This document shows positions 58,981 through 64,000 of a stretch of 64,000 nucleotides of DNA, piece by piece; position 1 is the stretch's first letter; every line of letters starts with the position of its first letter. This DNA is from Rhodoluna sp. (GTDB lineage: Bacteria; Actinomycetota; Actinomycetes; Actinomycetales; Microbacteriaceae), in contig JAGOAI010000001.1 of the NCBI GenBank assembly GCA_017983965.1, positions 475 through 64,474 on the forward strand, given 5' to 3'. The notes under the pieces are model-generated. The model was not told the origin of the DNA and did not search any database. It worked only from the letters and a program-made list of their open reading frames with translations. The position numbers and the translations under genes were made by a program.

Positions 58981-60369
58981 TTGGCAAAAGAAACAATTAA
59001 GCTCGCAGACCTCATCCCCCAGGTTGTTGGTGATGTCGAAGAGCTAAGAGCGAGCTTCGGCACATTCGAAACACATGAGAGCCAGCAAGCAGACCTAAGC
59101 CAAGTTCAAGCAGTGTTAACCGACTTGGTTGACCGCTTGCAAGCTGATCACCCATACTTTCACCCAAACTACGCAGCTCAAATGCTCAAGCCGCCGCACG
59201 CTGTCGCCGTCGCCGCATATCTCGCGACGATGATTCTGAATCCGAACAATCACTCACAAGATGCCTCTCGCGCGACCACGCCAATGGAACGAGAGGTTCT
59301 AAAAGAACTCGCCGAGATGTTTGAGTTTCCTGAAGATTTTCTCGGTCATCTAACTTGGAGTGGCACGACCGCAAACCTAGAAGCACTCTGGGTCGGTCGA
59401 GAGGTGAACCCCGGCAAAGCAATTGCTCACTCTGCAGACGCGCACTACACACACTCACGCATGAGCGAGGTGCTCGATGTCGAGTCAATAGCTATCTCGG
59501 TCGACGCACTAGGCCGCATGTCGCTGAATGATCTCGAAGAAAAACTCAAGACCGGCAAAATCGGAACCATCGTGGCAACCCTTGGCACGACCGGCCTCGG
59601 TGCGGTTGACCCACTCGCCGACATCATTTTGCTTGCTCGTCAATATGAGGCGCGCGTGCACGTCGACACGGCCTACGGAGGCTTCTTCAAACTCATCGCA
59701 GACACCGAACTTGCACCTGAGGCAGCTCGACACTACGCCGCCATCAAAGACGCCGATTCGATCGTCGTCGACCCGCACAAGCACGGATTGCAGCCATACG
59801 GCTGCGGTGCTGTGCTATTCAAAGACGTCTCGGTTGGCCGCTTCTATAAGCACGACAGCCCTTACACCTACTTCACCTCGGCCGACCTGCACTTCGGCGA
59901 GATTCAACTCGAAACGTCTCGGGCGGGTGCAGCGGCAGCGGCTTTCTGGGCGACGACGAGGGTATTTCCGATGACAAAAGACGGTCTCGGTGCAATTCTT
60001 GGGGCGGGTTACCGCGCAGCACAAAACTGGTGGCAGTTACTAGATCAATCAGACATTTTGCAGCCATATCAAAAACCTGAACTCGACATAATCGCATATC
60101 TGCCAAGGGCAAATTCGATGTCAGAGATTGACCGGCTATCCCAGGCGATTTTCTTGCAGGCAGAGCAAGCTCCGCGAACCGAGCAAATTCACCTAGCGAC
60201 TTATATGGTCAAACCGAATGCGCTATTTGCCCACGGCATCAATGTCGAGACCGACATGGCTAAGGCAAGAATTTTGCGAAGCACACTGATGAAGCCTGAA
60301 CACGAAACCTGGGTTCCACGACTGCACAAACACATCGAAGACTCTGCTCGATCACTCATGAAGAACTAA
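58981..60369 (+). CDS. Group II PLP-dependent amino-acid decarboxylase
   Basis: SGTTANLEAL, AHY, GTTGLGAVDP, HVDTAYGG, VDPHK (PLP Lys). Confidence 0.88.
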   Translation: MAKETIKLADLIPQVVGDVEELRASFGTFETHESQQADLSQVQAVLTDLVDRLQADHPYFHPNYAAQMLKPPHAVAVAAYLATMILNPNNHSQDASRATTPMEREVLKELAEMFEFPEDFLGHLTWSGTTANLEALWVGREVNPGKAIAHSADAHYTHSRMSEVLDVESIAISVDALGRMSLNDLEEKLKTGKIGTIVATLGTTGLGAVDPLADIILLARQYEARVHVDTAYGGFFKLIADTELAPEAARHYAAIKDADSIVVDPHKHGLQPYGCGAVLFKDVSVGRFYKHDSPYTYFTSADLHFGEIQLETSRAGAAAAAFWATTRVFPMTKDGLGAILGAGYRAAQNWWQLLDQSDILQPYQKPELDIIAYLPRANSMSEIDRLSQAIFLQAEQAPRTEQIHLATYMVKPNALFAHGINVETDMAKARILRSTLMKPEHETWVPRLHKHIEDSARSLMKN

Positions 60370-60381
60370 AGAGAGAAGAAA

Positions 60382-61383
60382 ATGAAATATCGTTACCTCG
60401 GCAACAGCGGGCTGAAGATCAGTGAGTTGACTTATGGAAACTGGCTCACCCACGCGAGTCAAATTGATGACACCGCCGCACACGCAACCGTGCACGCCGC
60501 GCTCGACGGTGGCATCACTTCATTCGACACTGCAGATGTATATGCGAATCAAGCTGCTGAAACTGTTCTTGGTGATGCACTAAAGGGTCTTCGCCGTGAA
60601 GGGCTAGAGATTTTCACAAAGGTCTATTGGCCAGTCGCCGAGAAGATGCCGAACGACACCGGTTTGTCGCGCAAACACATCATGGAATCAATCAATGGTT
60701 CGCTCAAGCGTTTGCAGACCGACTATGTAGATCTTTATCAGGCACACCGTTACGACGTCGAGACTCCCCTCGAAGAAACCATGCAAGCCTTTGCCGATAT
60801 TGTTCGCCAGGGCAAAGCTCTCTACATCGGTGTTAGCGAATGGAACGCCGAGCAGATTCGTGCCGGCCACAAGTTATCTAAAGAGCTCGGTTTTCAACTG
60901 ATTTCGAGCCAGCCGCAATACAGCGCACTTTGGCGTGTTATCGAGGCTGAAGTTGTGCCGACCTGTGAAGAATTGGGCATCTCGCAAATTGTCTGGTCGC
61001 CAATGGCTCAGGGTGTCTTGACTGGCAAGTACCTGCCTGGCCAGCCCGCACCTGAAGGTTCGCGCGGTGCCGACGAACGCCTGGGTGGAATGATGGGCAA
61101 ATACCTTAGCGACGATGTGCTGACGCGCGTTCAGCTGCTTAAGCCACTGGCTGACGATTTGGGCTTGACCATGGCCCAGTTCGCACTCGCCTGGGTTTTG
61201 CAGAACTCTAACGTGGCCTCTGCAATTGTCGGTGCAACCAAGCCCGAGCAAATTGCATCAAACATTGCCGCCGTTGGTGTAGAAATTCCGGCAGAAGTTA
61301 TGGCAAAAGTAGCCGAGATTCTTGAGCCCGTTGCTGTGTTTGACCCACGCGAAACAAAAGCACCTGAAACGCGCCTGGTCTAG
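60382..61383 (+). CDS. Aldo/keto reductase (Kv-beta/Tas-like)
   Basis: LGNSGLKIS, FDTADVY, FTK, YQAHRYD, YIGVSEW, WSPMAQG. Confidence 0.93.
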   Translation: MKYRYLGNSGLKISELTYGNWLTHASQIDDTAAHATVHAALDGGITSFDTADVYANQAAETVLGDALKGLRREGLEIFTKVYWPVAEKMPNDTGLSRKHIMESINGSLKRLQTDYVDLYQAHRYDVETPLEETMQAFADIVRQGKALYIGVSEWNAEQIRAGHKLSKELGFQLISSQPQYSALWRVIEAEVVPTCEELGISQIVWSPMAQGVLTGKYLPGQPAPEGSRGADERLGGMMGKYLSDDVLTRVQLLKPLADDLGLTMAQFALAWVLQNSNVASAIVGATKPEQIASNIAAVGVEIPAEVMAKVAEILEPVAVFDPRETKAPETRLV

Positions 61384-61389
61384 TTGAGG

Positions 61390-61755
61390 CTAGCCTTCGG
61401 CTAGCTGAAAGACGTTGCCGTCTGGGTCAAAGCCATCGCAGTAACGTGTCGCTGCATAACTTTGCTCGCGATCTGCTGAGAGCACCTGGCCAGCCATGCC
61501 TGCCACTGCCTCCCGAGCGGCAGCAATCGATTGCACCTGATAAACCGGTTTAAGCACGGCTTCTTCTCTGATTACTGGTGGAACCGAAACGCCTTCGCGG
61601 TAATCTTCTGGCACAGAGTGCAAAAGAATTTGATTTTGGTCAGAAGAGATGCGAACAAAATCGGCTGACTGATCAGAGATTTCAGCGCTTAGCAACGCCG
61701 CATAAAATTTTGCAGCGCCCTGAAACTCTTCGGCCCACAGAACTACTGTTGTCAT
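61390..61755 (-). CDS. VOC/glyoxalase family protein
   Basis: AAKFYAALL and DGFDPDGNVFQL; overlaps the pyrD stop. Confidence 0.78.
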   Translation of the reverse strand: MTTVVLWAEEFQGAAKFYAALLSAEISDQSADFVRISSDQNQILLHSVPEDYREGVSVPPVIREEAVLKPVYQVQSIAAAREAVAGMAGQVLSADREQSYAATRYCDGFDPDGNVFQLAEG

Positions 61756-62765
61756 TTCAATGCCCTCTTAATCTTTCTTGCCCAGAGCGGCCCTTCATAA
61801 ATAAAGCCACTGTAACCCTGCACCAAAGATGCACCGTGTTGCACTCGTTCGAGCACTTCGCTCGCGGTCTCGACTCCCCCGACAGAAATCACCACAAACG
61901 ATTCATCTAAAGTCTTGCGCAGCAGATCTAGAACCTCGATAGAACGCTTCTTTAGCGGAGCACCAGAAAGCCCTCCTGCGCCCTTCTCTGCAACGGCAGC
62001 CGCGCTGGTTTTCAAACCGTCACGTGAGATTGTTGTGTTAGTTGCGATAACCCCAGCGAGCTTTAGCTTCTTGGCAAGCTTGGCGACATCCGTGATTTCT
62101 TTATCGGTCAGGTCAGGTGCGATTTTTACGAGCACAGGCTTTCCGTCAGCTTCGCCGATAACGGCCTCGAGAATGGGCTGTAGGGCTTTCGTGGTCTGCA
62201 ACGAACGCAAACCTGGGGTGTTAGGCGAAGACACGTTGACCGCGATGTAATCGGCCAAGGGAGCCAGAATTTTTGCGCTGCTTCGGTAGTCTTCAACGGC
62301 GTTTTCAACCTCGACGACTCGGCTCTTGCCGATGTTGACTCCGATAACCGGAAGGCTGTTGCCGTAACGCTTGCGAGCCTTAGAAATTCGAGCTGCAACT
62401 GCGACTGCGCCTTCATTGTTGAAGCCCATGCGGTTGATCAGAGCACGGTCTTGAATCAGGCGAAATAGTCTCGGCTTTTCGTTTCCGTTTTGAGCGATGG
62501 CTGTGACGGTGCCAATCTCGACGTGCGAGAATCCGAGGTCGCCGAGAGCCTTAATTGCCACAGCATTTTTGTCAAAACCCGCCGCCAAACCAAATGGCGA
62601 ATCGAAGTGCAAGCCCATTTTTTGAACCGCGTGGCTACTCTTTGTTCGCAACAAACCAGAAACGCCAGTTGCGCCCAAAGCTCGAATCACGAACATGCCG
62701 AGGTGATGAGCGCTCTCAGGGTCAATGAACCTGAAGAAGGCGTTAAAAATCAACTTGTAAAACAC
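61752..62765 (-). CDS. pyrD: Quinone-dependent dihydroorotate dehydrogenase
   Basis: GLAAGFDKN, NRMGFNN, NVSSPNTPGLR, KIAPDL, GGLSG. Confidence 0.97.
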   Translation of the reverse strand: MFYKLIFNAFFRFIDPESAHHLGMFVIRALGATGVSGLLRTKSSHAVQKMGLHFDSPFGLAAGFDKNAVAIKALGDLGFSHVEIGTVTAIAQNGNEKPRLFRLIQDRALINRMGFNNEGAVAVAARISKARKRYGNSLPVIGVNIGKSRVVEVENAVEDYRSSAKILAPLADYIAVNVSSPNTPGLRSLQTTKALQPILEAVIGEADGKPVLVKIAPDLTDKEITDVAKLAKKLKLAGVIATNTTISRDGLKTSAAAVAEKGAGGLSGAPLKKRSIEVLDLLRKTLDESFVVISVGGVETASEVLERVQHGASLVQGYSGFIYEGPLWARKIKRALK

Positions 62766-62791
62766 GAGTCAAGGTTATCGCACGTTAAATG

Positions 62792-62827
62792 CAACACGGG
62801 GCCGACGTAATCGCCGACCCCGTGCTG
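62792..62827 (-). terminator. Possible terminator hairpin after nrdJ
   Basis: Imperfect inverted repeat CACGGGGCCG...CGACCCCGTG. Confidence 0.45.
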
Positions 62828-62838
62828 AGCTTTAGTGT

Positions 62839-64000
62839 TTAGCTGCAACCGCTGGTTGATCCACAGCCTTCGCAGACGTGGCATGAACCAGATGGACGCA
62901 TCTTGATTCCACAGTTGAAGCACAGTGGTGCATCTGACTCAGTGCCCTGAAGCATTTCGAACAACTCAGCTGAAGAGTGCACTTCGCGCTTCTCGCTGAT
63001 CTCGATGCTCTGCGGTGCCGCCGCTGGTGCAACAACCTCTGCAACTTCTTCAATTTCAACTGACTGCTGAATCTCGACGACAGCTGAAGCTGAACCGTAT
63101 GAAGGGTTTGAGTCGAGTGCCGCTGAACGCTCTGCCGAGGTCTGAATGCCTAGGTATGAACGAACATCGTATGGCAGGTAGTCAAGGGCTAGACGACGGA
63201 AGATGTAGTCCATCAGTGACTTCGCCATGCGAACGTCTGGGTCGTCGGTTAGACCGGCTGGCTCAAACGATACGTTGGTGAACTTCTGAACATAAGTCTC
63301 TAGTGGAACTCCGTACTGAAGACCAATCGAAACTGCAATTGAGAAGGCATCCATCACACCGGCAAGAGTTGAACCCTGCTTGCCGAGCTTCAAGAAGACC
63401 TCGCCTAGTCCACCGTCTGGGTATGAACCAGCGGTCATGTAACCCTCTGCGCCACCAACGGTGAACGAAGTGGTTGAAGATGGGCGTGACTTTGGCAGAC
63501 GCTTGCGAACTGGGTGTGACATTCCCGATGCCGCTACAGGAGCTGCTTCGGTCTTGGTCTCAGTCTTCGCCTTCGCGTCGCTAAGTGGCTGACCAACCTT
63601 GCAGTTGTCGCGGTAGATCGCAAGAGCCTTGAGGCCTAGCTTCCATCCCTGGAAGTAAACATCTGCGATTTCGTCGCGAGTTGCGGTCTCTGGCATGTTC
63701 ACGGTCTTCGAGATTGCTCCCGATAGGAACGGCTGAACAGCTGCCATCATGCGAACGTGACCCATTGGCTCGATTGCACGGATGCCAACAGCGGTGTCAA
63801 AGATTGCGTAGTGCTCCTGCTTTAGGCCAGGTGCGTCAACTACGTGACCGTTGGTGCTGATGTGATCGATGATTGCCTCGATGGTCTCTTGCGAGTAACC
63901 GAGACGGTGCAATGCGAATGGAATGGTCTGGTTGACGATCTGCATCGATCCACCGGTTGAGAGCTTCTTGTACTTCACGAGTGAGAAGTCAGGCTCGATA
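62839..64000 (-). CDS. nrdJ: B12-dependent (class II) ribonucleotide reductase, C-terminal part (5' end outside window)
   Basis: IEPDFSLVK at the window edge, SGAISKTVNMP, YRDNCK, GEVFLKLGKQGS, C-terminal Cys-rich ribbon CxxC...CxxCxxCGxxSGCS. Confidence 0.93.
   Translation of the reverse strand, partial: IEPDFSLVKYKKLSTGGSMQIVNQTIPFALHRLGYSQETIEAIIDHISTNGHVVDAPGLKQEHYAIFDTAVGIRAIEPMGHVRMMAAVQPFLSGAISKTVNMPETATRDEIADVYFQGWKLGLKALAIYRDNCKVGQPLSDAKAKTETKTEAAPVAASGMSHPVRKRLPKSRPSSTTSFTVGGAEGYMTAGSYPDGGLGEVFLKLGKQGSTLAGVMDAFSIAVSIGLQYGVPLETYVQKFTNVSFEPAGLTDDPDVRMAKSLMDYIFRRLALDYLPYDVRSYLGIQTSAERSAALDSNPSYGSASAVVEIQQSVEIEEVAEVVAPAAAPQSIEISEKREVHSSAELFEMLQGTESDAPLCFNCGIKMRPSGSCHVCEGCGSTSGCS

Noticed and set aside
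1-64000. CRISPR arrays, IS elements, prophage, rRNA
   Set aside because: By eye I found no spaced direct repeats, transposase/integrase/phage ORFs or rRNA-like tracts; nearly all sequence is accounted for by core genes.

Overview
Core chromosomal segment of a streamlined, moderate-GC actinobacterium. Gene content, synteny and very short intergenic spacers suggest freshwater Microbacteriaceae of the Rhodoluna/Aquiluna type (inference, not a database hit). In order, it carries the pentose-phosphate cluster (zwf partial, pgi, tal, tkt), ctaB, a photolyase and ctaA, a SUF operon, bioY, an ABC-F, a SURF1 cluster, fabG plus an atypical SDR, serB, glgC/glgM, L31B, a DEDDh exonuclease, divergent metF/metH, a sirtuin and tRNA-Leu(GAG). 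These are followed by uppP, PAC2, trmI-FKBP-pafBC-tatAC-helY with no Pup/proteasome genes, lnt-ppm1, rbpA, trpD, the complete bcc:aa3 respiratory genes, an A-type Fe-S carrier, a group II PLP decarboxylase, pyrD and the 3' part of nrdJ. I saw no mobile elements, prophage or CRISPR. The best non-obvious signals are: a XerCD dif site at 47070-47097, implying the window spans the replication terminus; a PafBC-type DNA-damage promoter on the exonuclease; a FabL/InhA-like Y-x6-K SDR in the inhA slot; a histone-H1-like Lys/Ala/Pro tail on QcrB; a stand-alone TipAS plus P-loop kinase pair; a photolyase apparently co-transcribed with heme A synthase; and about 16 apparently leaderless genes. I cannot show from sequence alone that any of these is a new system. 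All calls come from motif and synteny recognition without searches.
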